A stretch of 64,000 bases of DNA. It comes from Candidatus Saccharimonadales bacterium (lineage in GTDB: Bacteria; Patescibacteriota; Saccharimonadia; Saccharimonadales; UBA4665). Location of the stretch: NCBI GenBank assembly GCA_035278105.1, contig DATEJI010000108.1, positions 142,350 through 206,349 on the forward strand, given 5' to 3'. Of this stretch, positions 45,976-56,506 are shown piece after piece; position 1 is the first letter of the stretch, and the number at the start of each line of letters is the position of its first letter. The position numbers and the translations under genes are program-made. Under the pieces are notes generated by a model, which saw nothing but the letters and a program-made list of their open reading frames with translations, was not told the origin of the DNA and made no database searches.

Positions 45976-46998
45976 TTAACGGGTTGCCTGCCGTGATGCA
46001 ACAATAGACGACGCGATGATGCCGAGCCCAGCCACGCCGGTGAGTACTTCTGGCACATCATAAAAGATGCTCACAAACAGTAGCACGGCCAGCACTAGAA
46101 TCGTATAGTGCGCGCCGTGTTCGATAAACCGATAATTGCTCAGCGTGCGATGATGCACCATAAACACGGTCAGCGAGCGCACCCACAGCGCGCCAATGCC
46201 CAGGCCAATCGCGATCAAAACTACTCTGTTGGTGATGGCGAACGCGCCGATCACGCCGTCGAACGAAAAACTCGCGTCCAGCACTTCTAAATACAAAAAG
46301 CTGAGCAGCGCCGCGCCACCGGTGTAGGTTACTGCCCTGCTGCGGCGTTGCACTCGGCCAAGGACTTCGGTCAGGCCGTGCAACAAACTGTACACCGCTA
46401 TGCCCAACAGCCCAGCGACTATAGTTTCGCGCTTGTCGTGATTGGCAGGCACCATGGCCACCAGCACCACGACCAGGCACGTGATAAGCGGCGGCGCCCA
46501 GTGCGTCGCCAACTTTTTGAGCGAGCGCTCGATACGCGTCAGCCACATCACCTGCTGCGTGTCGTCTACAAAAAAATCCAAAGCCAACACCAGCAAAAAT
46601 GCACCACCAAAAGACGAGATCGCAACGTGCGACGCCTCAAGCTTATGCGCATATGCTTCTGGCTGATGAAGCGCAAGCTGCAACACCTGATGCCAGCTCA
46701 GCCCCGAAGTAACAGACACCACCAAGATCGGAAAAATAATCCGCATGCCGAAAATGGCAATGGCCGCGCCGACCGTTAAAAACATTCGCTGCCAAAACGG
46801 TGACATCTTGTGCAGAATTTTGGCATTCAAAATAGCGTTATCAAAACTAAAGGCAATCTCTACAGCGATCAGCACCACAGCCACCACGGCTGCGCCCAGA
46901 CCCATGCCTACACCAACGCCAATCAAGCCAGCAACAGTCAAAACGCTAGACAGCAAAAAAATGCGGACAGATGGAGACCTCAATAGCGTGGCAAACAT
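45976..46998 (-). CDS. DUF475 / TerC-like membrane protein
   Basis: EIAFSFDNAILNA, LYLEVLDASFSFDGVIGAFAIT, EHGAHY. Confidence 0.88.
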   Translation of the reverse strand: MFATLLRSPSVRIFLLSSVLTVAGLIGVGVGMGLGAAVVAVVLIAVEIAFSFDNAILNAKILHKMSPFWQRMFLTVGAAIAIFGMRIIFPILVVSVTSGLSWHQVLQLALHQPEAYAHKLEASHVAISSFGGAFLLVLALDFFVDDTQQVMWLTRIERSLKKLATHWAPPLITCLVVVLVAMVPANHDKRETIVAGLLGIAVYSLLHGLTEVLGRVQRRSRAVTYTGGAALLSFLYLEVLDASFSFDGVIGAFAITNRVVLIAIGLGIGALWVRSLTVFMVHHRTLSNYRFIEHGAHYTILVLAVLLFVSIFYDVPEVLTGVAGLGIIASSIVASRQATR

Positions 46999-47040
46999 CT
47001 TATCAGTATAGCGCAACTTACGCGGGCGGGCGCTTGGGCG

Positions 47041-47538
47041 CTATCCCTTAAACCGAATGAACGGCACAATAAGCCCGTCGAGCAACAAATGGCTGAAGTA
47101 CCCCGCTACCGCTGCACCATACACCAAAAGGCCCAGCGTCCAAATATGATGGTTATGCAGATACGGAATGAGCACGATGGGTGCAGGCACCAGCAGCATG
47201 GCAATTTTACTGTGCGTCCAGCCGCGATGCTTACCGACAATCGGCGTCATGGCCAACAAGCCCAGATATGCCGCTGGTTCGAACTTGCCGGTGACTACCA
47301 GGATAATCTCGGCAATAAACGCGACGCCAAAAAAAATATTCTGTCCCATGCTATTGGTGTCAACGTCCGGGAACAGCCCAAACAGTATCGCCACCACAAA
47401 CAAGCCCACCAAAAGCTGCCAATCCTGCAACGAAATATTCACGCGCATCAGAATATTGCCCGGTGCCACATCAACCGCCGCGACATACGCTACATTCATA
47501 GCGATCGCTCCGGCAATATGGCCACGATATCCAGACAT
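47041..47538 (-). CDS. Membrane-bound metal-dependent hydrolase (YdjM-like)
   Basis: GH near the N-terminus, FPDVD, HRGWTHS, SHLLLD. Confidence 0.85.
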   Translation of the reverse strand: MSGYRGHIAGAIAMNVAYVAAVDVAPGNILMRVNISLQDWQLLVGLFVVAILFGLFPDVDTNSMGQNIFFGVAFIAEIILVVTGKFEPAAYLGLLAMTPIVGKHRGWTHSKIAMLLVPAPIVLIPYLHNHHIWTLGLLVYGAAVAGYFSHLLLDGLIVPFIRFKG

Positions 47539-47562
47539 ATTGCTTAGTGTAGCACGTTTTGC

Positions 47563-48138
47563 TTATGCTTGCTCAGGCGCCGCTGCGCGAGCGCGCTTCA
47601 GCAGCCGGGCGTACCACAACAGCTCGTCGAGCGCCTTGCCAACGCTAGCCGTGTAACGCTCGACATGCTCGAGTTTGAGATTCCCTTGCTCGTCAAAAAG
47701 CTCACCAACCTTCGGAAAATACACCTCCGGCTGAATCACCACCAGCCCCAGCTTGTGATACACCGGGATGAGCGCCTCGCAGCAGCGCGCGCCACCAAAA
47801 ATGCCACTGCTCACGCCAGCGGTGCCGATCGGCTTATGCAAGTAATTGCCGTATTCGCTGTCGAGCATGCGCTTAAGCGAGCCTGGATAGCTATGATTAT
47901 ACTCCGGTGTCACCACGTAAAACGCATCGGCGCGCGCCGTGATCTCGGTGTACTTCGGGTCGCGGATTTCGTCGCCGTCGCTCGGCAAATGCAGCTCGGT
48001 CGGGTCAACAAATACAACCTCTACGCCCTGGCGCTGCCGCGCGAACTCGGCAACCCAACGCGCCGCCTTAATTGATTCGCGCCCTTCGCGCGAGGTTCCT
48101 ACTAAAATCGCCAATACCAATGCATCCGTATCGTCCAT
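47563..48138 (-). CDS. NADPH-dependent FMN reductase
   Basis: GTSREGR, TPEYNHSYPGSLK, GVSSGIFGG. Confidence 0.9.
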   Translation of the reverse strand: MDDTDALVLAILVGTSREGRESIKAARWVAEFARQRQGVEVVFVDPTELHLPSDGDEIRDPKYTEITARADAFYVVTPEYNHSYPGSLKRMLDSEYGNYLHKPIGTAGVSSGIFGGARCCEALIPVYHKLGLVVIQPEVYFPKVGELFDEQGNLKLEHVERYTASVGKALDELLWYARLLKRARAAAPEQA

Positions 48139-48174
48139 AGTGCCTCCTATTACTCTTATTGTTAAGTATAGCTC

Positions 48175-48546
48175 CTAGCGTTGTTCGAGCCGATGAATTT
48201 GCTCGTGGTTCAGCCCAAAATAATGCGCAACCTCATGCCAAACGGTGTGGCGGATGTGCTCTCGCAGCTCAGGTTCGTTCCCCGAGGCGCGTAGTAGCGG
48301 CAACTTAAAGATGGTAATTTTGTCTGGCGGATAGCTGGTAATGCCCTGACGACGCGCAAGCGGCACGCCTTCGTACAACCCATACAGCGTCTGGTTGCAT
48401 TGGAGACGTAACTGCTCACGCTGGCCTGGCGTAGGTTCATCGGCGTACACAATAGCTACATTTTTGACAGCGCGGCGATGTGCAGCCGGCAAATGCTCGA
48501 ACGCCTCATCGATCAGCGCAGCAAACTGCTCGTCGGAGATCTCCAT
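48175..48546 (-). CDS. Zincin-like metallopeptidase (Zincin_1 type)
   Basis: LYGLYEGVP, PDKITIF, HEVAHYFG. Confidence 0.88.
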   Translation of the reverse strand: MEISDEQFAALIDEAFEHLPAAHRRAVKNVAIVYADEPTPGQREQLRLQCNQTLYGLYEGVPLARRQGITSYPPDKITIFKLPLLRASGNEPELREHIRHTVWHEVAHYFGLNHEQIHRLEQR

Positions 48547-48659
48547 GCCGCTATTGTATCAAAACAGCCACACTCGCAGCACGAAAACCGTAAGCCTGGC
48601 TTGACGGCCGCATGAGTCTGTCCGTACTATACATGCATAACCATAAGCAGGATGTTGGT

Positions 48660-49493
48660 ATGCAACGAGTGAGCAAAAAAGAGCAAGGTGTCGGACACAT
48701 TGGTGCGATTGTCGTGATGGTCGTCGTGGCGGCTGTGGCGGTGTCTGGGTATGTTGTATGGAAGAAGCATAACGACATGGCTGGTGTTAATCCGGCGGTC
48801 AGTGCCGCGCTCAAAAATGTGCAATGCAGTATGAGCGACAAAGACCTCTGCAAGTTCTTCGCTAGCTTAAAGGCGCAAAAATACAGCACCATCAACAGCA
48901 GCACTACTGCCGATGGCAAAACGAACACCTCGCTTATCCAAACTGAGGGCACGGACAAGTTCCATATGAAGTCCACCGGCGAGCTTACCTACGAGACGAT
49001 CACCATCGGCAACACCATCTACACCAAAGACACCACCGACAACAAATGGTGGAAACAAACTATCGCCCAAGCGGATATCAGCAAATACACCGACAATACG
49101 GCGAGCCCGAACCTCACCGAGCCAGACAGCACAACCACCAGCAAACAACCGACCTACAAAAAGCTCGGCACCGAAGCGTGCGGTAACCTCACCTGCTTTA
49201 AGTATCAGGTGATAGACCCGAACAACCCTGGCACTAGCGAATATATTTGGTTCGACACCAAAAGCTATCAGCTCCGCCGCGACCGCACCGTAGACGGTGG
49301 TACCACCTTGGACTCGACCTTCAGCTACGACACGGTAACGATTGTGGCGCCCTCGCCCACCAAAGACCTTGGCGCCAACCAATACCTAGTGCCCGGCCAA
49401 AGCCAGCCAGTTACCATCCCCAGTGCAAACACCAGCACGCCCAGTGCTCAAGACCTCCAGAACCTGATTAACCAATATCAAAACCAGCAGTAG
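48660..49493 (+). CDS. Exported protein with a pilin-like N-terminus
   Basis: KKEQG|VGHIGAIVVMVVV class III-like signal; Thr/Lys-rich beta domain. Confidence 0.7.
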   Translation: MQRVSKKEQGVGHIGAIVVMVVVAAVAVSGYVVWKKHNDMAGVNPAVSAALKNVQCSMSDKDLCKFFASLKAQKYSTINSSTTADGKTNTSLIQTEGTDKFHMKSTGELTYETITIGNTIYTKDTTDNKWWKQTIAQADISKYTDNTASPNLTEPDSTTTSKQPTYKKLGTEACGNLTCFKYQVIDPNNPGTSEYIWFDTKSYQLRRDRTVDGGTTLDSTFSYDTVTIVAPSPTKDLGANQYLVPGQSQPVTIPSANTSTPSAQDLQNLINQYQNQQ

Positions 49494-49504
49494 GCTTTAC
49501 GAAT

Positions 49505-49834
49505 ATGCGTGAAGCAAGTTGGTTCGAAAGGCGAGATTTGAGTGTTCGGGCACAAAAAGAATACTGCGCCCGGGTGCTCGGTGATCTGGCGAGTGGCGAA
49601 GGCGGCATTCGCTGGGTAACATCTTCGCATGCAGCTACCGATGCAGAGGTCGCCGTTGGGTTTGGCAGAACTACCTACAACGACGCGTTGTTCATCATGC
49701 AAAGCGGCCTGCCCGCGGAGGGAACACTCATCAACCCCGACGCCCGATTATTCGATAGGGGAGAATTCGTAGCATTTCTGTACGGGCTTAAAGATGGCGA
49801 ATTCGGCAGCGGCGAGACGCTCGGAGCTACCTAA
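49505..49834 (+). CDS. Hypothetical protein
   Basis: 109-aa ORF filling the space between convergent genes; no motif recognised. Confidence 0.5.
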   Translation: MREASWFERRDLSVRAQKEYCARVLGDLASGEGGIRWVTSSHAATDAEVAVGFGRTTYNDALFIMQSGLPAEGTLINPDARLFDRGEFVAFLYGLKDGEFGSGETLGAT

Positions 49835-51659
49835 CCTGGCGCTTGCGCTTGGTTGGGTCGAGTTCGCGCTTGCGCAGGCGTAGATTTTTAGGCGTTACTT
49901 CGAGCAGCTCGTCGTTCTCGATAAAGTCCAGGCACTGCTCCAGACTCAAGATAACCGGCGGCGTCAGTTGTACCACCCCGTCGGACGATTTACTGCGCAT
50001 GTTGGTGAGGTGCTTTGCCTTACACACATTAATTTCCATGTCGTCATGGCGAGTGTTCAGGCCGATGATCTGGCCGGCGTAGACTTTCTCGGCCGGACCG
50101 ACAAACAACGTACCGCGTGCTTCAGCAGTTTCCAACGAATACGGCATGGTCGTGCCAGTCTCGAATGCAATCAGCACACCGTTGCGCAGTTGCTGCAACG
50201 CCGGGCCGAGCGGTTGATAGCCACTCGTCAGACTGTTCATCACCACCGTGCCTTTGGTGTTGGTCATCAGAATGTTGCGCAGACCAAGGAGTGCGCGAGT
50301 TGGCAGCTCATACACCAACTTGGTGACGCCCTTTGGACTGGCGAATTGCTCTTTGAGTATGGCGCGGCGAGCACCGAGCTCCATCTGCACGGTGCCAACG
50401 TGCTCGGCTGGCACCTCGATAATCAGCTCCTCAACCGGCTCTACGGTCTGGCCGTTTTCTTGGTGCGTTACTACTTGCGGACGGCCAACTTCAAACTCGT
50501 AACCTTCGCGGCGCATGGTTTCGATGAGTACGCTGAGGTGCAGCTCGCCCCGGCCGCTCACCAAAAAGCCAATGCCGTCGTCTTCTACGCGCAAGCCAAC
50601 GTTCGTCTCCAACTCTTTATGTAAGCGTTCGCCAATCTGGCGCGAGGTGTTAAACTCGCCTTCCTGGCCTTTGAACGGGCTAGTGTTCGGGCCGAGGTAA
50701 ATCCTCAGCGTCGGCGCTTCAACTTCGATAACCGGCAGCGCTTCGGGCTGTGCGGCGTCGGCAATGGTTTCGCCAATGCGCGCCTCGGCGATGCCCGTAA
50801 GTTGCACGATGTCGCCGGCAATGCCTTCCGGCACTTCGAACTTACTAACGCCGTGACTCATAAACACCAAGTCGACCTTCGATTTCACCAAAGAACCGTC
50901 GGCCTTGCAAAGCGCCACTTGATCGCCGGCCTTCACCCGGCCGCGGCTGATACGCCCAACGGCGTACTTGCCCTTAAAGCTGTCCCAGCTCAGCGCGGTG
51001 ACCAACATCTGAAACGGCTTGTCCAGCTCCACCTGCGGCGCAGGAATTTGCGAGGTAATGGCGTCGAAAATAACATCCAGATTGGCAGGCGCACCTGCAT
51101 CAGCCGGCATGTCCTTCCAGGCCTTGCCTTCGCGGCCGATGGCATAATATACCGAGTAGTGCAGTTGGTCTTCGTGCACGGCGAGCTCCAAAAACAGATC
51201 GGCCAGCTCGTCTTCCACTGCTGCAATACGGCGGCCGTCTTTGTCGATCTTGTTGATGATGACGATTGGCTTCAGACCATTGGCCAACGCCTTAGAAAGC
51301 ACAAACTTCGTCTGCGGCATTGGCCCTTCTTGCGCGTCGACAATCAAGAGACAACCATCGGCCATGTTCAGCGTACGCTCGACTTCGCCGGAAAAATCGG
51401 CGTGGCCAGGCGTGTCGATGATGTTAATCCGATGGTCACCGTGCTGCACGGCCGTTACCTTGGCGGTAATCGTAATGCCGCGCTCGCGCTCTTGGTCGCC
51501 GCTGTCCATAATCAGACTCTGGCTCATCTCGGCCTGGTTATCGCGGAAGGTGTGGCTTTGTTTGAGCAAGCCATCCACCAGCGTAGTTTTACCATGATCG
51601 ACGTGCGCGATAATCGCGATATTCCTGATTTTACTGGGGTCCTGAACGCTTTGTGCCAT
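49827..51659 (-). CDS. typA: Translational GTPase TypA/BipA
   Basis: AHVDHGKTT, RERGITI, DTPGHADF, GRGELHL, LTNMRS, LEVTP. Confidence 0.98.
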   Translation of the reverse strand: MAQSVQDPSKIRNIAIIAHVDHGKTTLVDGLLKQSHTFRDNQAEMSQSLIMDSGDQERERGITITAKVTAVQHGDHRINIIDTPGHADFSGEVERTLNMADGCLLIVDAQEGPMPQTKFVLSKALANGLKPIVIINKIDKDGRRIAAVEDELADLFLELAVHEDQLHYSVYYAIGREGKAWKDMPADAGAPANLDVIFDAITSQIPAPQVELDKPFQMLVTALSWDSFKGKYAVGRISRGRVKAGDQVALCKADGSLVKSKVDLVFMSHGVSKFEVPEGIAGDIVQLTGIAEARIGETIADAAQPEALPVIEVEAPTLRIYLGPNTSPFKGQEGEFNTSRQIGERLHKELETNVGLRVEDDGIGFLVSGRGELHLSVLIETMRREGYEFEVGRPQVVTHQENGQTVEPVEELIIEVPAEHVGTVQMELGARRAILKEQFASPKGVTKLVYELPTRALLGLRNILMTNTKGTVVMNSLTSGYQPLGPALQQLRNGVLIAFETGTTMPYSLETAEARGTLFVGPAEKVYAGQIIGLNTRHDDMEINVCKAKHLTNMRSKSSDGVVQLTPPVILSLEQCLDFIENDELLEVTPKNLRLRKRELDPTKRKRQVR

Positions 51660-51728
51660 AAATAAAGGCGCTCCCTTGCGCTATTTGCGAAATCTTTGCT
51701 TATATTATGGCATAAGCACGATTTTTTA

Positions 51729-52352
51729 TCAAGGAGTTGGCTGCTGAAATGGTTGATCCGGCAACGAGGTAAACTCCAAATACACCGAGTAGAGATGCGG
51801 CGTGTCGAGCCCTCCTGGTTGCGGCGTTATCATCAACCTAAAGACTTCCCACGTATCTGAGGAGATTTCCCTCATGACATGACTATCCCTAAAGCGCTGC
51901 AGCGCTGCTTGCTCCTCAGGCATACCGTTAGAAACACCTTCGATGTCCAATCGCATATCTGCCGGCGAGTCTAACATCCAGCCCCGGGCGCGCAAAATGG
52001 GCAACGGACATTCGGCCGCCAGACCGCCCAAGGCCCGGATCGCCGTGGGCGCGCCGGCAATCTCCGGATCAATCTCTGCCGGACCAAACAAATAGTCGTA
52101 TACTACGAGCCCCTCCGGCAATTCGTCAGGTAACGAGGGGAACTGGCTAGCGGTGTGCACCCAATCGACGTCATCGGTTACAAAGCGCAAAAACACCTCT
52201 GGGCGATCGCTATCGTCATCCGTTCCGAACGTGAGCAACGTGCACGGCATGTGGATGCCGTCGTCGCGTTGCTCCTCAATGCGAGCAGCGACAATGCTCA
52301 GCAACGCCTTACATTCGTCGCCGGTACGCAGAGGAAACTCATGAGTCGCCAC
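51729..52352 (-). CDS. Orphan acidic hypothetical protein
   Basis: 207-aa ORF, GTG start preceded by TATAAT-N6. Confidence 0.65.
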   Translation of the reverse strand: MATHEFPLRTGDECKALLSIVAARIEEQRDDGIHMPCTLLTFGTDDDSDRPEVFLRFVTDDVDWVHTASQFPSLPDELPEGLVVYDYLFGPAEIDPEIAGAPTAIRALGGLAAECPLPILRARGWMLDSPADMRLDIEGVSNGMPEEQAALQRFRDSHVMREISSDTWEVFRLMITPQPGGLDTPHLYSVYLEFTSLPDQPFQQPTP

Positions 52353-52405
52353 ACCGTAATTATACCAGTTGCGCAGATCGGAGTTTTTGCTACGATAGAA
52401 AGACT

Positions 52406-53431
52406 GTGCATGTTGCTATTATTACAGTAGAAGTACTGCTGCTCGTACTCTTTTCGGCGGTGTGTTCTGGATTGAACATTGGGCTGATGTCGCTGGAAGT
52501 TGCCGACTTGCGGCGTAAAGCCAAGCTCGGCAACACCGACGCCAAGCGCGTGCTACCGCTGCGCAAAAACAGCCACCTCAGCCTAGCGGCAATTTTGCTG
52601 TGCAATGTCGCCGCAGTGTCGGCCACGTCGCTCGTGCTGGAAAGCGCGGTGTACGGCCTCATTGCTGGCACGATCAGCACGCTGCTGATTGTTATTTTTG
52701 GCGAAATCATGCCGCAAGCGCTGTTTAATCGCCACGCGCTGCACTATTGCGCGCGGTTATCGCCGCTCCTTAGAACCATGATGTATGTGACGTATCCGGT
52801 TTCTAAACCATTGCAACTTTTGCTCGATCGGCTGTTTGGCGAGGAAGTCGCCGCGCTGCAATCCCGCCATGAGCTCGGCATTATGATGACCGAACACCTT
52901 GGCGACACCAACAGCGAGCTGGACGACGACGAAATTGAGATTATGCGCGGCGCGCTAACGCTCAGCGAAAAGCGGGTGCGCGACATCATGACGCCAATCC
53001 GCAGTGTCTTTTGGCTGTCGCCAGAGGATGTCATCGACGCGCGGCGCATCGACGACATCAAAGAGCGCGGCTGGAGCCGCATTCCCATCCTGAACAAGCA
53101 GCACACCGTCTGTTTTGGTCTGCTACTGATGAAAGATTTGGTTGACATCGACTTCGACCGCGAAGCCATGCCGGTGCACGAGCTGCCGCTGTATCCGGTA
53201 CAAGTAGTTGGCAGCATGACCGCGCTCGACACACTGTTTCGCAAATTTATCACCGGTGGTGCGCATCTGATTCCGGTAGAAAAAGATGACAAAATGGTTG
53301 GCATCGCCACCATTGAGGATTTACTGGAAGAGATCGTCGGCCACGAAATTGAAGACGAAACGGACCGCTCGCGTCGGCTGAACAAAACGCGCATTCGCGG
53401 CATTCGAAGTCGCAGCCGCAAAAAAGGCTAG
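52406..53431 (+). CDS. CNNM/DUF21-CBS domain membrane protein (Mg2+/metal transport family)
   Basis: FSAVCSGLNIGLMSL, FGEIMPQA, RDIMTP, IEDLLEEIVG.EIEDE. Confidence 0.9.
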   Translation: MHVAIITVEVLLLVLFSAVCSGLNIGLMSLEVADLRRKAKLGNTDAKRVLPLRKNSHLSLAAILLCNVAAVSATSLVLESAVYGLIAGTISTLLIVIFGEIMPQALFNRHALHYCARLSPLLRTMMYVTYPVSKPLQLLLDRLFGEEVAALQSRHELGIMMTEHLGDTNSELDDDEIEIMRGALTLSEKRVRDIMTPIRSVFWLSPEDVIDARRIDDIKERGWSRIPILNKQHTVCFGLLLMKDLVDIDFDREAMPVHELPLYPVQVVGSMTALDTLFRKFITGGAHLIPVEKDDKMVGIATIEDLLEEIVGHEIEDETDRSRRLNKTRIRGIRSRSRKKG

Positions 53432-53784
53432 GCTTCGGGCAGTTCCGGTAAAGGCGGGGTGTCGACGTACATCACAAGTGCGGCTTCATCTGCCTCAATC
53501 ACCGGACCTCTTCGCCATACTTCCTCTACAAAATCACGTACAAGTAGCAGGCCATCAACTGCAAAGTCTGGCAGGTCTTCGGGGCAAACTAAACGAGTAG
53601 GATGAGCATACCGATCTGGCGCAATCTCAGTTGACGTCGCTGCGTACGAGCCAACCTCGGGCGGATTGCCGAAGGGACAATCGTTTTCTTCGTAACCAAC
53701 AGAGACAATTTCAACGCCGTCGATTATTTCTGGCGGCGCTTCGGCTAGTTTCGGGCATTCTGTGCAGCGGCGATTAATTTCCAT
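53428..53784 (-). CDS. Small orphan protein with four Cys
   Basis: MEINRRCTECP...CP...CP; TATAAC-N6-ATG. Confidence 0.55.
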   Translation of the reverse strand: MEINRRCTECPKLAEAPPEIIDGVEIVSVGYEENDCPFGNPPEVGSYAATSTEIAPDRYAHPTRLVCPEDLPDFAVDGLLLVRDFVEEVWRRGPVIEADEAALVMYVDTPPLPELPEA

Positions 53785-53881
53785 GCAACTGTTATATCGA
53801 AACATCAGACGCTCTGTCAAATAATTAGGACGGAGTGTCCGCCTTGTAAGTAACCGCAAAGAATTGTAAAATATGCTACGA

Positions 53882-55312
53882 ATGGCCAGTTTAGAGCACA
53901 ATCCAGCGGCGTTTTATTTGGCCGAGGCCCGCATGGACGCCTTCACCGAACCGGACCCCACCGATCGGGGTAAATTTTTGCTCAGTTGTATAGAGGAAGG
54001 CGACCTCGCGGTGTCCGGAGCACACGCTGTTGAGACATACTTACAGATGGGCGAAGAAACCGGGGATGATCCAACGGTCGCCTGGCCGCTTATGCGCAAA
54101 CAGCATCTGGGCGGCTCGCTTGTTGACGCGCTGGCCGCGGGCCGGGCGTTCGACGATGCCTACAATATCGCTCTGGACCTCGGACGCTTGAGTTCTTTCT
54201 ACGGCACGCAAGCCAAAACAGCGCTTTTGGCGAGAGGATATGCCGGGCCGGATGGCGAACTGCTGCACATGTTCGACGACAACCACCTATTTACACTACC
54301 GGCCGAGGGCGAGCCAACGTATGTCCATTCCAGCGACATTCATCAATTTTTGACTGGGCTGGCGGGTTACGGCATCGACTTGACCCAGCCCGGGGAATAC
54401 CACGAGCTCTTGGAGCACGCGGAAGCAACTGAGCTCGAAGGGCTGATGGTTCAGCACTTATACAGCAAAATCGCCCTGGCGTATCACAAAGGTGGGCACC
54501 CGGAGCTTGCCGCTCCGTTCGAAGAGCTCGTCACACAACATACTGTTCGAGGTCGACTGTTCGCAAACATCAGTCGCAGCGTTGCTGATACAGAAACCCT
54601 GCGCGCCATTGCGGCAGAAATAGATGAACAAATGCGTATCGCTCACACCTGCGATGGCTCGTGCGTCGATCCAGCCTGCGCACAGAGGAGCGGATCTCAA
54701 GAGCTTGGGCTAACCGCTGCCCGTCTCTACGCACAAACTGGCGACACCGACCGTGCCCGTGGCTTCTTGCGTTATTTTGACACGGACTACTACCATCCAG
54801 ACGAGCGACTCGAGACATATGTGGCGTTGTATGCCGCCGAGGGTTCGCCACACGACCGCGAAGCAGCGATGCCGCTCTTTAACGACAGCGTTGGGGTGGT
54901 TTGGGAAGACAGGGCCAGACCCTTGGCCAAACTGGCGCGAGCGGATATCGCCTACGGCAACACACTGCCATCACTCGACGCCGAAGGCGAAGTTATACCT
55001 CGCGTCGCGTGGGAATTACCGGGCATGTTTGGTACGCCAGATACGTTCGAGCGCGAGGCTGCAGCGGGCAACAACCCAGCCTCCGATATCTTAGGCCCGT
55101 ACGACGAAAGACGCCAAGCCTATGGCAAAGAAAATCGCCGGCTGAAGCAATCGCAAGCTACAGGGGTTTTGGCAATCGTGCTGGCGGAGTATGGCGCGCC
55201 GCACACAGCCCACCAACTGCTCGGCGAAATCAGCGAAAGAGCCGACCTCATCCGGACTAAAATGGCGCTCGCTCGCGTCTACGGCGCGCCCGAGCTGCAA
55301 CACGACAGCTAA
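53882..55312 (+). CDS. Orphan helical-repeat (TPR-like) protein
   Basis: Repeated A/L-rich amphipathic helices (AARLYAQTGD, AIVLAEYG) and an HTCDGSCVDPAC insert; alternative start 53873. Confidence 0.65.
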   Translation: MASLEHNPAAFYLAEARMDAFTEPDPTDRGKFLLSCIEEGDLAVSGAHAVETYLQMGEETGDDPTVAWPLMRKQHLGGSLVDALAAGRAFDDAYNIALDLGRLSSFYGTQAKTALLARGYAGPDGELLHMFDDNHLFTLPAEGEPTYVHSSDIHQFLTGLAGYGIDLTQPGEYHELLEHAEATELEGLMVQHLYSKIALAYHKGGHPELAAPFEELVTQHTVRGRLFANISRSVADTETLRAIAAEIDEQMRIAHTCDGSCVDPACAQRSGSQELGLTAARLYAQTGDTDRARGFLRYFDTDYYHPDERLETYVALYAAEGSPHDREAAMPLFNDSVGVVWEDRARPLAKLARADIAYGNTLPSLDAEGEVIPRVAWELPGMFGTPDTFEREAAAGNNPASDILGPYDERRQAYGKENRRLKQSQATGVLAIVLAEYGAPHTAHQLLGEISERADLIRTKMALARVYGAPELQHDS

Positions 55313-55329
55313 GGAGCTATACTGATACC

Positions 55330-56505
55330 ATGCAACCACTCGCCGAACGCATGCGGCCGGAGTCCCTCGAAGACGTCATCGGCCAAACACACCTGACCAA
55401 ACAAGGTCAGATTATTCGTGAGATCATCACACGCAAGCAGCCGACGAGCCTTATTTTGTGGGGGCCGCCGGGCAGTGGTAAAACCACGCTGGCGCGCATT
55501 ATCGCCCGCGAGACCGGCGCCGAGTTTGTGGAGCTCAGTGCCGTCACCGCCAAAAAAGACGACGTGCGCAAGGTGGCACAAACCGCCGAGGCAAATCAGC
55601 GGCTGGGTATGCGCACTATTTTATTCGTCGATGAAATCCATCGCTTTAACAAGGCGCAGCAAGATGCGTTTTTGCCATATGTGGAGAACGGCACGCTTGT
55701 GCTGATCGGCGCGACCACCGAGAACCCGAGCTTTGAGGTGATTACGCCCCTACTCAGCCGCTCGCGCGTCCTGGTGCTTGAGCCGCTCAGCAAAGACGAC
55801 GTCACCATGATCCTGCAAAAAACCGCCAAGGCCGAGAAACTCAACGCCAAGCGCCTGCCGGCCAAAAGCATCGACCTTCTGGCGGAACTTTCCGGCGGTG
55901 ATGCGCGCGTGGCGCTCGGCAATCTGGAGCTGGCCATGCAGCTCACCGACAAAACCATTACGCCCAGCGTCGTAACCACCGCCGCACAAAGGCGCGTGCC
56001 TGGCTACGACAAAGCTGGCGAGCAGCACTACAACATCATCAGCGCGTTCATTAAAAGTATGCGCGGCAGCGATCCGACCGCCGCGCTGTATTACATGGCA
56101 CGGATGTTGCAAGCGGGCGAAGATCCGAAGTTCATCGCCCGGCGGATGATTATCTTCGCCTCAGAGGACATCGGCTTGGTCGCGCCCGCAGCGCTCAACC
56201 TGGCGGTGTCAGCGTTTCAGGCGGTGGAGCGCATCGGCTTGCCGGAGTGCAATTATGCGCTCTATCACTGCGCCACCGTACTCGCCAAGGCGCCTAAGTC
56301 GCGCCAGATCGCCGATGCCATGTCTGCCGCCCAGATCGCCGCACGTGAGCATCCCGATCTGCCCGTGCCGCTCCACCTGCGCAACGCGCCCACCAAGCTC
56401 ATGAAGGACCTCGGCTACAACCAAGGCTACCAATGGCAGGCCGACTTTAAACACGAAAAGGGATTTTTGCCGCCAGAGATCCAAGATCTCGCCTTCTTCA
56501 GCTAG
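55330..56505 (+). CDS. rarA: Replication-associated recombination protein A
   Basis: PLAERMRP, GPPGSGKTT, DEIHRFNKAQQD, ISAFIKSMRGSD, ASEDIG. Confidence 0.96.
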   Translation: MQPLAERMRPESLEDVIGQTHLTKQGQIIREIITRKQPTSLILWGPPGSGKTTLARIIARETGAEFVELSAVTAKKDDVRKVAQTAEANQRLGMRTILFVDEIHRFNKAQQDAFLPYVENGTLVLIGATTENPSFEVITPLLSRSRVLVLEPLSKDDVTMILQKTAKAEKLNAKRLPAKSIDLLAELSGGDARVALGNLELAMQLTDKTITPSVVTTAAQRRVPGYDKAGEQHYNIISAFIKSMRGSDPTAALYYMARMLQAGEDPKFIARRMIIFASEDIGLVAPAALNLAVSAFQAVERIGLPECNYALYHCATVLAKAPKSRQIADAMSAAQIAAREHPDLPVPLHLRNAPTKLMKDLGYNQGYQWQADFKHEKGFLPPEIQDLAFFS

Positions 56506-56506
56506 A

